Assembly: GCA_951406725.2 (NCBI GenBank)
Contig: OX597817.1
Span: forward strand, 22,134,001-22,198,000
DNA: 64,000 nucleotides
Direction: 5' to 3'
From: Octopus vulgaris
Lineage: Eukaryota
Shown here: one piece after another, positions 27,746 to 41,562 of the stretch
Layout of the letters: every line of letters begins with the position of its first letter
How positions within the stretch are numbered: position 1 is the first letter of the stretch
The notes under the pieces: generated by a model
Told to the model about the DNA's origin: nothing
Seen by the model: only the letters and a program-made list of their open reading frames with translations
Database searches by the model: none
Translations under genes and position numbers: made by a program

Positions 27746-28726
27746 ATTAAATTTGAATGTCAATTGCTTTATAGAGTGTATTAGGTGCTTTTTAGCACCA
27801 GCATCAATAAGGTCATCAGTTGGTTCAGAAGACAGGACATCAAAACTAAGGTTGGGGGAGAAGTATTGAGGAAGGTGGCTTTGAACCGAGTGATGAGTTT
27901 TGAATATGATAGAGATACAGAAACTAGCTTTTCCTATTGAGAAGATACATAGTCTATCCCACATGAAACAGAGAGGGAACTAGGGAGAAAAAGAGAAGAG
28001 AGAGGGAGAGAAAAACATAGAAACAAATGATATAAAGTATAATAATATATATATATATAAACTCTCCCTATATATGCTTGTAGATATGTGTATGTAGTCA
28101 TATGTGTTTATTCATGTATACATACATATATGCGTGTGTTAATGTATGAATGTATGTATGCTCCACATTAAAGCATGCATAGTAAAAGTATATTGATTGA
28201 TCATAAACAGCTAATATAATTATTGCATTACATGCTGCTATTACTCCTGCAGTTCACATCTCTAATGACCAAACAAGGAAGAGTGTTTACTAACAGGATA
28301 TGAGTGAATTCCTAGATTCAGGCATTGCATTATGAATTTGATTGCTCAATATCAGGAATGTAACAATTAAGTTGAACATGCATTGCACATTTGTAAATAA
28401 TTAAACCAACTATTACTGGGATATTCATACACAATATTTAACTGCCAATATATTTTCATTGGTTGCTAATTAATTATCAATAAGAGTGCAGTAATGAAAT
28501 ACGGGCAGAATTGTAAAACAGGAAATGGTAATTATAATAAACAGAAGTGTGGAACATTTGTTGTGTGTGTGTATATACATATATATATATACATATATAC
28601 ATATATATATATATACATATATACATATATATATATATATGTATATATAGAGAGAAGATGTCAAAAATGCTTGGCTTTTTCCACTTGACATTCCATTTTA
28701 ACGATCTGAAAATACACAAAATTTAA

Positions 28727-29100
28727 TCATCATCATCATCATCATCATCATCGTTTAACGCCCGCTTTCCATGCTAGTCAGATCTGGTAGTGTTTCTACA
28801 GCTGGATGCCCTTCCTAACGCCAACCACTCCGTGAGTGTAGTGGGTGCTTTTTATGTGCCACCGACACAGGTGCCAGACGAGGCTGGCAAACGGCCACGC
28901 TCGGATGGTGTTTTTTATGTGCCACCGACACAGGTGCCAGACGAGGCTGGCACGGCCACGATCGGATGGTGTTTGTTACGTGCCCTCAGCACGGAGGCCA
29001 GTTGATGCAGTACTGGCTACGACCACGTTCGGATGGTCTTCTTATATGCCACCGGCACTGGTACCACAAAAATACAAATTCCATTGATGTTCATCGATTT
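28727..29100 (-). mobile_element. Family D retroposon with internal tandem units
   Basis: Same tail, internally deleted. Near-identical units GTGCCACCGACACAGGTGCCAGACGAGGCTGGCA. Confidence 0.85.
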
Positions 29101-29534
29101 TGTTAAAATCAAAGCACCTTATCTTGTAGAGAAAAAATTTCTCTTTCAAATAACATAAAACATTTTGCCAATGCATTTTATTTCTGCATGCATTTTTACA
29201 TTTAAACAAAAAAAAAAACGCTCATGAATTATTCCTCAACCCAAGATTTTGATATCAATATTCTGAACAATAGTATGTTCATTGTATGGCCAGTATAACA
29301 TAATTTCAGCACTACCTACAAGGGTAAACTTTCTACAGTATATACAGTATATTGGATGTTTTTTTTTTATGACTCCTGTTTTCAGGAACAAATTGATGTA
29401 TTAGTGAACAATCAATGGTGTTGAAGTGTCTATAAGACTACAGTTATAGTTGAGAAAATGTTAGCTGATATGGAGGCCTGGACGCCATCTGAATATTGGA
29501 AAAATGTTCATTACATTATGATGACCTGTGCTAG

Positions 29535-29770
29535 GCATCAGTTGTTAGTTGTCGGAGCACTGCATCCTTCAAAACTTCCATGCTTCCTGAGATTCGCCAA
29601 CACTACACTTGATTTTCTCCCCTCCATACACACACAAGCATGTATCTGACTCATACATTGTTCGCTTTCCAGACATTTCTACATTACTGCATGTACTTTA
29701 TATGCACTTTCTGACAAGTTGTGGTGCACCTGAGCACTGTATACAATAATTTCATTATTATTATATTATA
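29535..29770 (+). mobile_element. 3' end of a CR1/L2-group LINE
   Basis: ORF2 terminus ASVVSCRSTASFKTSMLPEIRQHYT*, followed by a 3' UTR ending in (ATT)n. Confidence 0.6.
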
Positions 29771-29789
29771 TAAAATGCCGACATTATGA

Positions 29790-30130
29790 TTGCTGCTCAA
29801 GGCTCTGTGACCCCTGTAAAGACTGTGAGTCATGGTACAGACAGGAGGATTTGACTCCTAACCATACCTCGAGAATGAGTCAGAAGTGATTATTGGAGAA
29901 TTTCTATGACTTCACCAGCCTCAATTTCTGGCCTCCTAATTCCTCCAGTTGTAATCCCATAGTTAAATAAGACTAACTGCTCTGTCTGCAAAGCTAAGCC
30001 CAAGCTGGTGATCGAGATCAAGGAGGGTGTTTGAAGATCTTACCAGGGACACAGAAAAGAATGCATGTATTTGGTTCTGGAGCTGTCTCGAGGATGTGGT
30101 GGAAGCTTAGGACGGCTAATTTCTATAAAT
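29790..30130 (+). pseudogene. Tc1/mariner superfamily (probably DD37D/maT-like) transposase C-terminal relic
   Basis: RQEDLTPNHTSRMSQK*LLENFYDFTSLNFWPPNSSSCNPI..FEDLTRDTEKNAC..CLEDVVEA matches the QQD-AP-H and WPPNSPDxNP motifs. Confidence 0.78.
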
Positions 30131-30219
30131 TGTTATCTCCCAGCCATAATCTAGTAGATATTTGTTGATTTTTCAAAAACCTTGTATTTTTGGATAGGAT
30201 ATTTTATTTTATTTTTCTT

Positions 30220-30415
30220 CTGGCATGTAAAAAGCACCCACTACACTCACGGAGTGGTTGGCGTTAGGAAGGGCATCCAGCTGTAGAAACATTGCCAGAT
30301 AAGACCGGAGCCTGGTGCAGCCTTCTGGCTTCGCAGGTCCCTGGTCGAACCGCCCAACCCATGCTAGCATGGAGAACGGACGTTAAACGATGATGATGAT
30401 GATGATGATGATGAC
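30220..30415 (+). mobile_element. Family D retroposon 3' end
   Basis: GGTTGGCGTTAGGAAGGGCATCCAGC..CCCATGCTAGCATGG..CGTTAAACGATGATGATG. Confidence 0.88.
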
Positions 30416-31302
30416 AACTGTTAAATTTAGTGTAAACACCCTGTAAAGTAGTAACCAAAATTTGGAAGCTGCTGAAACTGACTTTGATGTCATTTTTATT
30501 AATTCATTAAAATGGTTGAAGTGTTTGTGATAATTGATTGCGTGTGTATGTGTGTGGTGGTGGTGGTGGTGGTGGTGGTGATGGTGGGTGTTTTTGTATA
30601 AGATGAAGGATGTTTCAGTTACACTGGATGGAAAAGGTGATGGAAGAGGGAGTTTAAACAAAGCAATATTCCTTTCACTGAAAAATGGTTCTGGATTCCT
30701 AATCTTCTACTTCTTCTAATCATATCCACAGAGTACTGGTGAAATGATTTCTAGTGCCCCAATATAAATGCTCCTTTCTTGACCCCATCATGTAACCAGA
30801 TGCAAGTAAGAGTGGAAACTGCTATGACATTCATATATATGAATATGACAAGAAACTCATACAAATACTTGTACACTCCAACACAAACACTAATATATAA
30901 CAAAACCCTAAGAGAACAAAGCATTTATAAAGTATACTCATTCTGCTTTCCCCATAGCTTTGGGTCAACCAATGCTTGTAACCGAATTTGGGAGATGGAA
31001 ATTGTACAAAGTCCACCATGTGTGCATATGTGTATGTGTGTGTGTTTGTGTGTGAGAATGTTTACATTTTGAGCTTCTGATGCTGTTACCAGCTGTTATT
31101 TGTTTTACTAGTCAATAAACCATTTACTAGATGTGAGTGAGATGGAAGCTCTCATTATTGAGACATGAGGGACTAGCGGCACAAGGGGTACTTAGTGGTA
31201 ACAAAATATCTCAACACATACTCTCACACAAAAGCATAAATGTATAAACTGTGTGTGTGTGTGTGTATATCTATTATGTTTGAGTTAATATATATATATA
31301 TA

Positions 31303-31645
31303 CTCGTGCCGGCGGCACGTTCATGCTGGTGGCACGTAAAAAGCACCATCCGTTCGTGTCCGTTGCCAGCCTCGCCTGGCCCCCATGCCGGTGGCATATA
31401 AAAAGCACCATCCGTTCATGGCCGTTTGCCAGCTCTGTCTGGCACCTGTGCGGGTGGCACGTAAAAAGCATCCACTACACTCACGGAGTGGTTGACGTTA
31501 GGAAGGGCATCCAGCCGTAGAAACACTGCCAGATCTGACTAGGCCTGATGAAGCCTTCCGGCTTCACAGACCCCAGTTGAACCGTCCAACCCATGCTAGC
31601 ATGGAAAACGGACGCTAAACGATGATGATGATGATGATGATGATA
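31303..31645 (+). mobile_element. Family D retroposon with 2-3 internal units
   Basis: Two AAAAGCACCATCCGTTC units precede the conserved tail. Confidence 0.88.
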
Positions 31646-32505
31646 TATATATATATAGTATATATATTGAAGCTGAAAAGACTTCAGAGAATTGCTCAGA
31701 GTTTCACATTGCTAATTATGCAATGACTGTTTGATAATCAGTTACATAAAACTCTAAGTAACAGCTTGTGAAATCTATTCAGCTTTAATAAAGCCCTTTT
31801 TAAAACCACTTATGGTATTTGAGTATAAATTTTTGTCCTCCTTGTTTTGCTCTTCTTTGCTCAGGAATTTACACACACACATATGCGTACACACGTACAC
31901 ACACACAGGCACACACATATTTAGTATATCAAACTCCAAGTATGTCAACAACTTGTAACAGAAACCGAGCTTGTAGTACCTTTTGCAGTGATCTATAATG
32001 CACATAAGTGTAATATTTTTAACATTTTGAAATCAAATTTGAGTATTATCAAAGTTATAAAATGAAGGGTTTAATTATTAGTCTCAAGCATTCAATTACC
32101 AGTTGAGTATTTGTTCAAAGTTAATGACAATAATTGTTGACAAATTTGAAACAGTTGTTAACAAAGGCAAAGATTGATTTAAACAACAGAGATCCAGACT
32201 TCAAAGTTGCAACATTTTGATGAGTGAGTCTTGATTAATTAATAAGATGAGATTTTTTTAGTTTGTAGTTTTGATAGGAGTGTGAGCAGCTACAACATTG
32301 CCTCAGATATGGAGGCAATAGAATTTAGTTATATCAGATGTTGTAAATTATTATCGAAGGAAAATATCCCAGAAAAATGGTATTATTAGTAAAGGAAAAT
32401 TTTTTGAATGCCCAATCAGTGACCCAGATGTGGCCATTTTATTCCAGTAAGATTATTTTAGAAAAGCACAATAATGGAACACAAATTCTGTATTTTATAA
32501 TTATA

Positions 32506-32766
32506 GTTGCCAGCCTCGTTTGGCCCCCGTAAAAAGCACCATCCAATCGTGGCTGTTTGCCAGCCTCGTCTGGCACCTGTGCAGGTGGCACGTAAAAAGC
32601 ACCCACTACACTCACGGAGTGGTTGGTGTTATGAAGGGCATCCAGCTGTAGAAACACTGCCAGATCAGACTGGGCCTGGCGCAGCCTTCGGGCTTCCCAG
32701 ACCCCAGTTGAACCGTCCAACCCATGCTAGCATGGAAAACGGATGTTAAACGATGACGATGATGAT
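32506..32766 (+). mobile_element. Family D retroposon
   Basis: Same units and tail. Further copies at ~26526-26735 (+), 36300-36490 (-), 40770-41040 (-), 43710-43870 (-), 52248-52440 (-) and 61708-61865 (-). Confidence 0.88.
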
Positions 32767-33879
32767 AGTGTGCCTTTCTGTGTCCTGCAACATCACTAGA
32801 ATATTTTACAAACAACATAGACAACACATTCTGTGTGGTCCTAAATCCTTCTGATACCAACCCAACCGTCTAAAATGTATAGGAAAGATACATCAGAAAA
32901 TTTAGCTCCTTATATACAAAAAGATATGATGCGTTGTGTTAGCTGCAATGCCTTTGATCATAAGTCTGCTCAATCAAAACTGGCCAAGGGCTAAATAACT
33001 ACAACAACAACATGCATTATGTAACTTTCCCTTTGCGTTAAACAGACAGACGATTGCAACCTAAGTGAGAGTGTGTTATCTTCTGCAAATTTCTGAAAGT
33101 AAAAAGCCAAGGCATCAACATATCACTCATAACTGGAAAAAAGATTTAGAGATGAAATTTGAATTACATTTTGATCATTTGATAAATGGATGTAATCTAA
33201 ATGATAATGATTAAATTCTAGCTGGAGAAAGTGGAAGCTAGTGTGAATGTGGGGAACGTGTGGAGGGGAAGAACATTTAGTTCTGTTGACTGAAATTTAA
33301 GAAAATTTGAAAATGATTGAAGACTCTAAAAGACAAATTAAAACATTTCATGATTAGTTGAGAACAGAAAGCAAGAATAATTGGAGTGAAATTTAAGTAT
33401 AAAATTTTAAACAAAAATATCTAATATACAATATTTATTTATTTTAGACACAATTTAAATAAGGAAAATAATTTTCTTCTCGATTGTTAGTAATCAGTTG
33501 TATACATGCATATGTAATTACATCTCTTTAAAGAGAATAGAGGGCTGTAGTTGTGTTATTCATGCTTTTCCCAATGGCTGTGCTAATATAAATGAAAATT
33601 ATTCCAAACAGGTGTTGAAATTAGGTTGACAGCATAACTCTCAAAGAATCTATGTTTACTGAAGACACTAAATAAGTATATTATATTGCTATCTTGAGAA
33701 TCTAAAAGTGGTCATAGCAACTTTTACATTTCGTGTTTGTTGTCCAAATTAAGTTGGCAAAATTCTTGTGCTACTAAGTATGTCGAGATGCCACATACAA
33801 AAGCAAAAATGATTATATAGAATACCACTGTAAAACTAAATGGTACAGTAAATATAGCTATCATTTAACATATATCAAG

Positions 33880-34078
33880 TTCTGTTGTGTCTGGGGAGAG
33901 TCATTTTCTTTTTGTAGCTTATAATGTAACATGCTCACTGGTAAAATTTCCACTTATTTCTTATATTTACTTTCCTAAAATTTTCGTTGCATCTTGCAAC
34001 CTTTTCAATAGTCTTTACCGGTGAGTGTGTTACATTATAAGGCACAAAAGAAAATGAGTTTCCCCAGACACAACAGAA
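33880..34078. repeat. Inverted repeat element with ~65-bp arms (MITE or inverted Penelope-like terminus)
   Basis: TTCTGTTGTGTCTGGGGA..ATAATGTAACA..CTCACTGGTAAA (33880-33945) is the reverse complement of 34014-34078. Confidence 0.85.
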
Positions 34079-34140
34079 TATGCTTCAACACACGAACACA
34101 TATAAAGAATCTTTCAAACCAAATCCAAAAGTGAAATATA

Positions 34141-35416
34141 TCAGGTTGTTTGGAAAATAATAGTCAATTTTAAAAATACACTCATATTCTTGGAAAACTG
34201 AACTCATACAAAGGTTTAATTATTCAAAATATGATCCCTGAACAGGTATGCAAATCTCCCATTGATTAACAGGTCATTTATGTTGCTTTGATAAAAATCC
34301 AAACATTTTGATTCCAAGAAATCCTTCAATTCAGTTTCAACCTCACTTTTGGAATGGAAGGTTTTTTGCCTTAAAAAATTATCTAGCTGCTTGAAAATGT
34401 GGTAGTCGGTGGGTGAAAGATCAGAAGAATATGGAGGATATGATAAAGTCTTGTATCCAAAATCTATGAGGTTTTGCAGTGTCATCTTGGAAAACAGGCA
34501 GTTGAGCATTGTCATGGGGCAGAATTGGACTATGTTAGCAAGTGCAGGTCTCATTTTGCTCAAGTGAACATGCCTTTCTTCCAGTTGCTTATTATAAACT
34601 TCTGATGTAATGCTCTGTTTAGATTCCAGAAAGCTGTAAGGGATGACATCAACCGCAGGCCACCACACAGTCACCATAATCTTCTGCTGATGCAACTTTA
34701 GTTTCGAAAAATGTTTGAGTGCTTCATCACAATCAAGCCCTTGATCCAATCGCTTACAATTGTCATAAAGGATCCATTTTTCATCACAAGTCCCTGTTCG
34801 ATTATGAAATGTGTCATTAGAGTTTCACAGAGAGAGCATTGAGCACATTTCAAAATGCCAAAGTCTTTGATTTTTACTGAGATCATGCAGGACTCATTTA
34901 TTGAGTTTTTTCACTTTAGCAATTTTCTTCATGTGATCTGATACTGTTGAAACACACTAAGCATATGAAACATTTTTCTGACACTTTGTTGTGGGTTTGT
35001 TCAACTACTGTTTCCAAATGCTAATCATTAAGGTCGGATGAGTATCCTCTACATTCTTGATCTTCAAGGCTTTCATCCCCACTATGGAGTCTCTGAAAAC
35101 ACTGTCGCACCATCCAATTACTAGTGGGCCCTTACTTCATACTCTGTTAATATTGGCAGCTGTTTGGGAAACATTGTGTCCAAACTTAAATTCATGCAAA
35201 ACAAATAAATGCATTTCTTCTTTTTCCATGTTTGGAATTAAGGATTTCTATATTTCAAAATTATATTCTAAAAGAAGTCATTAAAAATTTATTAAAGAGT
35301 ACACATCAGTTATTAAGTACGTAAAATTTGATCTAAAACACTACAAAAATAACATCCTGAATAAAATTTGAAAAAATCTTTTTGATAAATCAGGCAGTAT
35401 TTTCCAAACAACCGAG
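34141..35416 (-). mobile_element. Full-length decayed mariner transposon (Hsmar1/cecropia-like)
   Basis: TIR core GGTTGTTTGGAAAATA at both ends, flanked by TA, length ~1.28 kb. Contains a disrupted transposase. Confidence 0.92.
34216..35229 (-). pseudogene. Mariner DD34D transposase pseudogene (frameshifts and stops)
   Basis: N-terminus LHEFKFGHNVSQTAANIN. C-terminal ORF KIMVTVWW..YSFL..ITSEVY..YPPYSSDLSPTDYHIFKQLDNFL..DFYQSNINDL closely resembles the Hsmar1/SETMAR transposase domain. Confidence 0.92.
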
Positions 35417-37183
35417 TATCTATGTAGTAGTTGTTTAGGGACCTTGGCCCTCATGAAAAGGATTATACTGTGTCTTTCCAGCAACATTTGTCCAGAGCTA
35501 AATTACCTGGTTTTTTCCCTTTCTTTTTCTACTATGACATGCTGTGATTTGAGGGAGATTTCATTGCTATTATTAGCAGATGGAACAACCCTCATTAGTT
35601 CAAAACATACAGCCTCAGATCATTTCTGAGCATACCTATGATTTAAAGCAATCTAGCAATGATTATCCTGACTTTTTGTATACCTGGAATAGCATTGTAC
35701 AGGATGTCCTTTTTTTTATGTTTTAGACAGTACACCTGTAATTTTAAGGATAATTTGGTAAATATTTTAAGCTGATTGAGTAACGGCTTGAGTAACTGCT
35801 TATTCACTTAGAAATATAATAGTGTAGTTTGTGAGTTAAAATATTTATTTCTCAGGAAATAAGCACAACTAGACAAGTTCTGAAAGATAACAGTGTAGTT
35901 TTTCATGAAAAATTGTTTTGAGACATTCATTCTGAGAAATGGGGTAAGATTGAGAGATAGAGAGATGGTGTTGGAAAAAGTGAGAAAGAATTGAGAAAGA
36001 AATCCTGAAATAGGAATAGCATGAATTTCGTTGATTTATAAAGTAGATATTTTATTATTAAGGCCCAGGCCAGCCTTGATCAAGCAAGCTCATGAGAAAC
36101 TTCATTACTTCCATGACCAATCATGTTGCTTTCCTTTAAGGCATAGTAAGTCCCAATATCTTGAAACCACCTTTGATAGTAAGTCCCAATATCTTGTTTT
36201 CATAAGCTTTGAATTAAAATCTTCTACCAGACTTTAGCCAAAATTTATGTTCCTAACACTAGCTTAGTTATCATCGTCATGACGATGAGGATAACTAAGT
36301 TCATCATCGTCATCATCACCATCATCATTATCATCGTCATTTAACGTCCACTTTCCATGCTGGCATGGGTTGGATGGTTTGACTGAGGGCTAGTGAGCCA
36401 GAAGGCTGCACCAGGCTCCAATCTGATCTGGCAATGTTTCTACAGCTGGATGCCCTTCCTAACACCAAACACTCTGAGAGTGTAGTGGTCATGCTTGATT
36501 AAGAAAAATTTTAACTAAAGGCATTACGTCATTTTAGGTTTATCTAAGACTATTCATTTTTATTTAATGTGTCTATCTAAATTTTTAATATGGTAAGATG
36601 CTGAGAAATTTAACTGTTATTCCTATTAGGCCAAGGAATAGTAGCTGAAGAGATCCTCACGTGGCACAAACAAAACATGAACAATGTGCAGTTGAGAAAT
36701 ATTTAGCTGCTATTTCTAGCAAGTTGAGAAATAACATACAACTACCCTTATGATAAAAGCAAGACATGGACAAAATGGAGCCTCGTCAATTCTAAAATCA
36801 AATACTAAAATTTTTTTTTTATTTTTTAAATATCTCTACTATTTCTAATTACACTGCCATTCACATATTTTGTTCAAATATTTTCCATTTTTTTTCTCTC
36901 CATTGTTCATTGCATTTTCCTCCTTTTCCACTCTTGTTTTCTTTATATATATATTTTTTTTTTTCCTCACTGCTCTACCTTAGAAATCTTCCCCATCTCC
37001 CCCCTGTCCAGTCATGTAACATTACTTGTCTTTAGTCCCCATTCAACATATGTCCTTGAATTTTGAATATCTCTTTGTTCACTCCAAGGAATTTAACATC
37101 TCAGTAATCATAGTAAGATGTCTCTTTTATTTTTGAGCTTGCCCAAAACACAAAACAAGATACACTAAACCAATTTTAAAATT

Positions 37184-37225
37184 TCTCTCCCTCTCTCTCT
37201 CCCTCTCTCTCCCTCTCTCTCTCCC

Positions 37226-37272
<47 letters not shown>

Positions 37273-38084
37273 GTCTTCTTTCTGTCTGTCTTTCTCTCTC
37301 TTGTGCATTCTCTTGTACCTGCTGCATATCTTTCTGTCTGAGCCTACCTCCCTCTCTCTCTCACTCTCTTTCTTCCTCCATCTGTACCTCTTTTGCTCTC
37401 CCCCTCTCCCTCTTTTTTCCTCTATCTATACCTCTTTTGCTCTCCCCTCTCTCTCTCTCTTTCTTCCTCTATCTATACCTCTTTTGCTCTTCCCCTCTCT
37501 CTCCCTCTTTCTTCCTCTATCTATACCTCTTTTGCTCTCCCTCTCTCTCTCTTTCTTCCTCTATCTATACCTCTTTTGCTCTCCCTCTCTCTCTTTTCCT
37601 TACTCTCACTTTTCCCCTTACATCTCTTGTTCTCTCCGTCCCACTTTCTTTACAGCTCTTCCTCTCTCTCTACCCCTCCCTCTCAACCTCTCTCTCTCTA
37701 CCCCTCCCTCTCAACCTCTCTCTCTACCCCACCCTCTCAACCTCTCTCTTTACCCCTCCCGCTCTACCTCTCTCTACCCCTCCCTCTCAACCTCTCTCAC
37801 TACCCCTCCCTCTCAACCTCTCTCACTACCCCTCCCTCTCAACCTCTCTCTACCCCTCCCTCTCAACATCTCTAATCCTCCCTCTCAACTTCTCTCTCTA
37901 CCCCTCCCTCTCAACCTCTCTAATCCTCCCTCTCTACCTCTGCCTCTCTTGTCTATCTTTCTGTCTATCTGTCTTTCTCTCTCTCTCTCTCTCTCTCATG
38001 CATGCTCTCACACCTGCTGTCCATCTTTCTGTCTGTGCCTCTCTGTCTGACTTGCTTTCTGTCTGTCTGTCTCTGTCTGTCCCT

Positions 38085-38131
<47 letters not shown>

Positions 38132-38145
38132 TCTCTCTCTCCCTC
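37184..38145. repeat. Polypyrimidine/polypurine block: (CT)n plus a ~42-bp minisatellite and a ~25-bp minisatellite
   Basis: Units TTCCTCTATCTATACCTCTTTTGCTCT (about 5 copies) and TACCCCTCCCTCTCAACCTCTCTC (about 10 copies). Confidence 0.92.
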
Positions 38146-38669
38146 TCAACATTCAAACAGTGTCTTTTGACTACAGTCATGGCTTAATTTCAACAAGCTT
38201 TCCCATTCTTACCACATACTTTTTTATTCCTCAAACTCTCCCTCCCATGCAACATTTTTCAACCCCTCTCTTTTCCTCCTCCCTCCTCCCCTCCTCCCCT
38301 CCCACGCCCATTATTCTTCAATTTTTGCAATGATAGGAAAAGACATATTTCCTTCCCTGTTATTCGCATCAATTAAGCCCAAGAAATTCAGCGGAAATCA
38401 TAATTGTTTCTTTTCTTTACTCCCACATTTTCCTTTTTCTCTCCAAATGCGTTCCCATTAATTCTACCCTCAAATTTATTTATTTACCTTTTTTGTTGTT
38501 GTTGCTGCTGGTGTTGTTGCTGTTGCTGTTGCTGGTGTTGTTGTTGTTGTTGTTGTTTTGGCTTCTAGTTCTTCTAATGCTTCCAGCAATCCACTTTGTT
38601 TCTAATATTCAATAATCCGTCCTTATTAGCTTCACTTATACTTTCTTAAGCTCTAAAAATCACCGATAC

Positions 38670-38939
38670 TGCCTCCCCCACTACTAATACTACTACTACT
38701 ACTACCACTACTACTACCACCACACAACTACTACTACTACTACTACTACTACGATCACCACCATAACCACAGCCCATCGCTATCACTGCCACCACCACCA
38801 CCACCCCAAAGCCACCACCACCACCACAACCGCCATAACTACTATTATTATGATGATAATGAGGACCACCACTACCACTCCACACCACCGCCACTACCAC
38901 TCCACGCCACTGCCACCACTACTACTACTACTACTAATT

Positions 38940-38990
<51 letters not shown>

Positions 38991-39323
38991 TTACTACTAC
39001 TGTGATCACCAGCACCACTAAAGCCACTACTATCACTGTCACCACCACCGCCACCAAAACCACCACAACTGCCACAACCACCAATACCACCATAACTTCT
39101 ACTATTATCATGATAATGAAGACCACCACTACAACCCCACACCACCGCCACCACCACAACAACAACTAATACTACTACTACTACCACTACTTGCATTTCC
39201 ACAAAGCAAAAAGAGAAGACCAAAAATTTGACATAGCCATCACGGATATTAATAACAGTTAAAAAAATAAAACTGCCATCACTATGAACATAACCAAGAG
39301 ACATTATTCCCCATCTTCATCGT

Positions 39324-39354
<31 letters not shown>

Positions 39355-39478
39355 TGCAGCAGCAGCAGCATGAGAATCAATATTGGCAGAAGACTAATAT
39401 AACAATCACTGTCATGACAGCATGAGCATCTTCACAACTGCAAACATGTTCATTACACACACATACACACACACACAT

Positions 39479-39533
<55 letters not shown>

Positions 39534-39742
39534 GCTGCTGCTCGCTGCTGTCGCTGCTGCTGCTTCTGATACCACTAGCAGCACTATCACAGATACTACT
39601 TATACTAACAACACAATCTCCATCATTAATACTACTACTGCTAACCACTGCAACTACAACTACTATTACTACTACAATACTATTACTGCTGTTGCTACTG
39701 CCTACTACTACTACTACTACTACTACTGTTGCTGCACTGCTG

Positions 39743-39792
<50 letters not shown>

Positions 39793-39827
39793 GTTGCTGC
39801 TCCTACTACTAATACTACTGCTGCTGT

Positions 39828-39858
<31 letters not shown>

Positions 39859-39866
39859 GTTGCTGC

Positions 39867-39898
<32 letters not shown>

Positions 39899-39899
39899 T

Positions 39900-39930
<31 letters not shown>

Positions 39931-39995
39931 GCTACTACTACTACTGGTGGTGCTGTTGCTGCTCCTACTACTAATACTACTGCTGCTGCTGCTGT

Positions 39996-40032
<37 letters not shown>

Positions 40033-40140
40033 GCTACTACTACTACTGGTGGTGCTGTTGCTGTTACTACTACCATTACTACTGCTGCCACGACTACTGG
40101 TGCTGCTACTACTACTTTTAGTATTGGCAGCACTGCCATC
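38670..40140. repeat. Composite (CTA)n/(CCA)n/(CTG)n trinucleotide repeats with higher-order duplications
   Basis: Direct reading. 38670-38900 and 38930-39190 are degenerate duplicates. Source of the poly-L/V/T ORFs. Confidence 0.92.
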
Positions 40141-40771
40141 AGCATCCTAGTCACTAATGCCATACTGTGTTTCCAGCATCACTTCCCCTACCACATCCAC
40201 CATCACCTTCACTGTCACATCATCACCATTATCCTCACTGTTGCTACTTTTATTTTTTCTCCTTCATCTCTTATTAAACTAACTACTACTACCACCACCA
40301 CCACTACTATATAGTTTAGACATCACAATATCTCTCACTACAACTATTACTACTACTACTACTACTAATACAATTAATGCCACTACCACCACTTTCCCTC
40401 CATTCTTCCTTTCTTCCACATTGTGCTCCATCTTCTTCCTCGAGTGCTCATCCTCTTTCTTCCTCTGTCAACTGCCAATGCCGACACCATTGCACCACTA
40501 CCCAGGTATCATGAGACCCTTGGCTGGTTGATCAACTTGTTAAAAATAGAATCCAAATGTCCCGTCCTACTATCTCAAGAAAAAGGAAGGACGCAGTGGG
40601 TAATGTTTTACAAGCTAAGCAGCATTACCTGGAACAGTTTGCATCATAGCAAGACTGACCTAGGGCTAACAAACAATATTTTCTATTCTCTGCTTCATTG
40701 CCCACCTCCACAAGCTGTCACTATAACCACCATCACTATTTTCCCACCACCAGAGCTGCTATCAACAACAT

Positions 40772-40802
<31 letters not shown>

Positions 40803-41410
40803 AGCAACATCATTTAACATCCGTTTTCTGTGCTAGCATGGGTTGGATGGTTCGACTGGGGTCTGGAAAACTAGGAGGCTGCACCAGGCTCCAGTCTGAT
40901 CTGGCAGTGTTTCTACAGCTGGATGCCCTTCCTAACGCCAACCACTCCGTGAGTGTAGTAGCTGCTTTTTAAGTGCCACCGGCACAGGTGCCAGGGGAGG
41001 CTGGCAGCAGTCACGATTGGTTGGTGCTTTTTACATGCCAAACAATAAGGTAAGCCTCTGCCAGAAAGAACAATCAAATCTTCTTCAAGACACACCTTGT
41101 CCATTTGTAAAATGAAGGACATATTATACAAATCAATTCTTAATACTCAGTCTGGAAAAAATGTGATCATAGCTGGAATGTTTTACATCACAGACTGACA
41201 GGGTGTTTGTTAACTTGGGAGCTAAACAACAACAAAAACAACAAATTCACCATTTTCACATTTCTTTTCTTTCTCCTGCCCTTAAATGATATAGGCATCC
41301 TACAACTTCCATGACCACCACACAAAATGACATCCTATGGGTCCCTCAATATGATGAAAATGCAGCCAAGCCTCCCTTAGAATAAATGATAGTCTTGAAT
41401 AATGAACTAT

Positions 41411-41523
41411 GTCCCGGGTTCAGTCCCACTGTGTGGCACCTTGGGCAAGTGTCTTCTACTATAGCCCCAGGCCAACCAAAGCCTTATGAGTGGATTTGGT
41501 ACATGGAAACTGGAAGAAGCCTG

Positions 41524-41562
<39 letters not shown>

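Noticed and set aside
34216-34749. SETMAR gene call
   Set aside because: No SET domain. It lies between mariner TIRs, and the transposase is frameshifted and disrupted at the HDNA motif.
37301-40163. Long ORFs of 146-298 aa (poly-L/S/P/V/T)
   Set aside because: Translations of CT-rich and trinucleotide repeats that lack stop codons, with no domain content.
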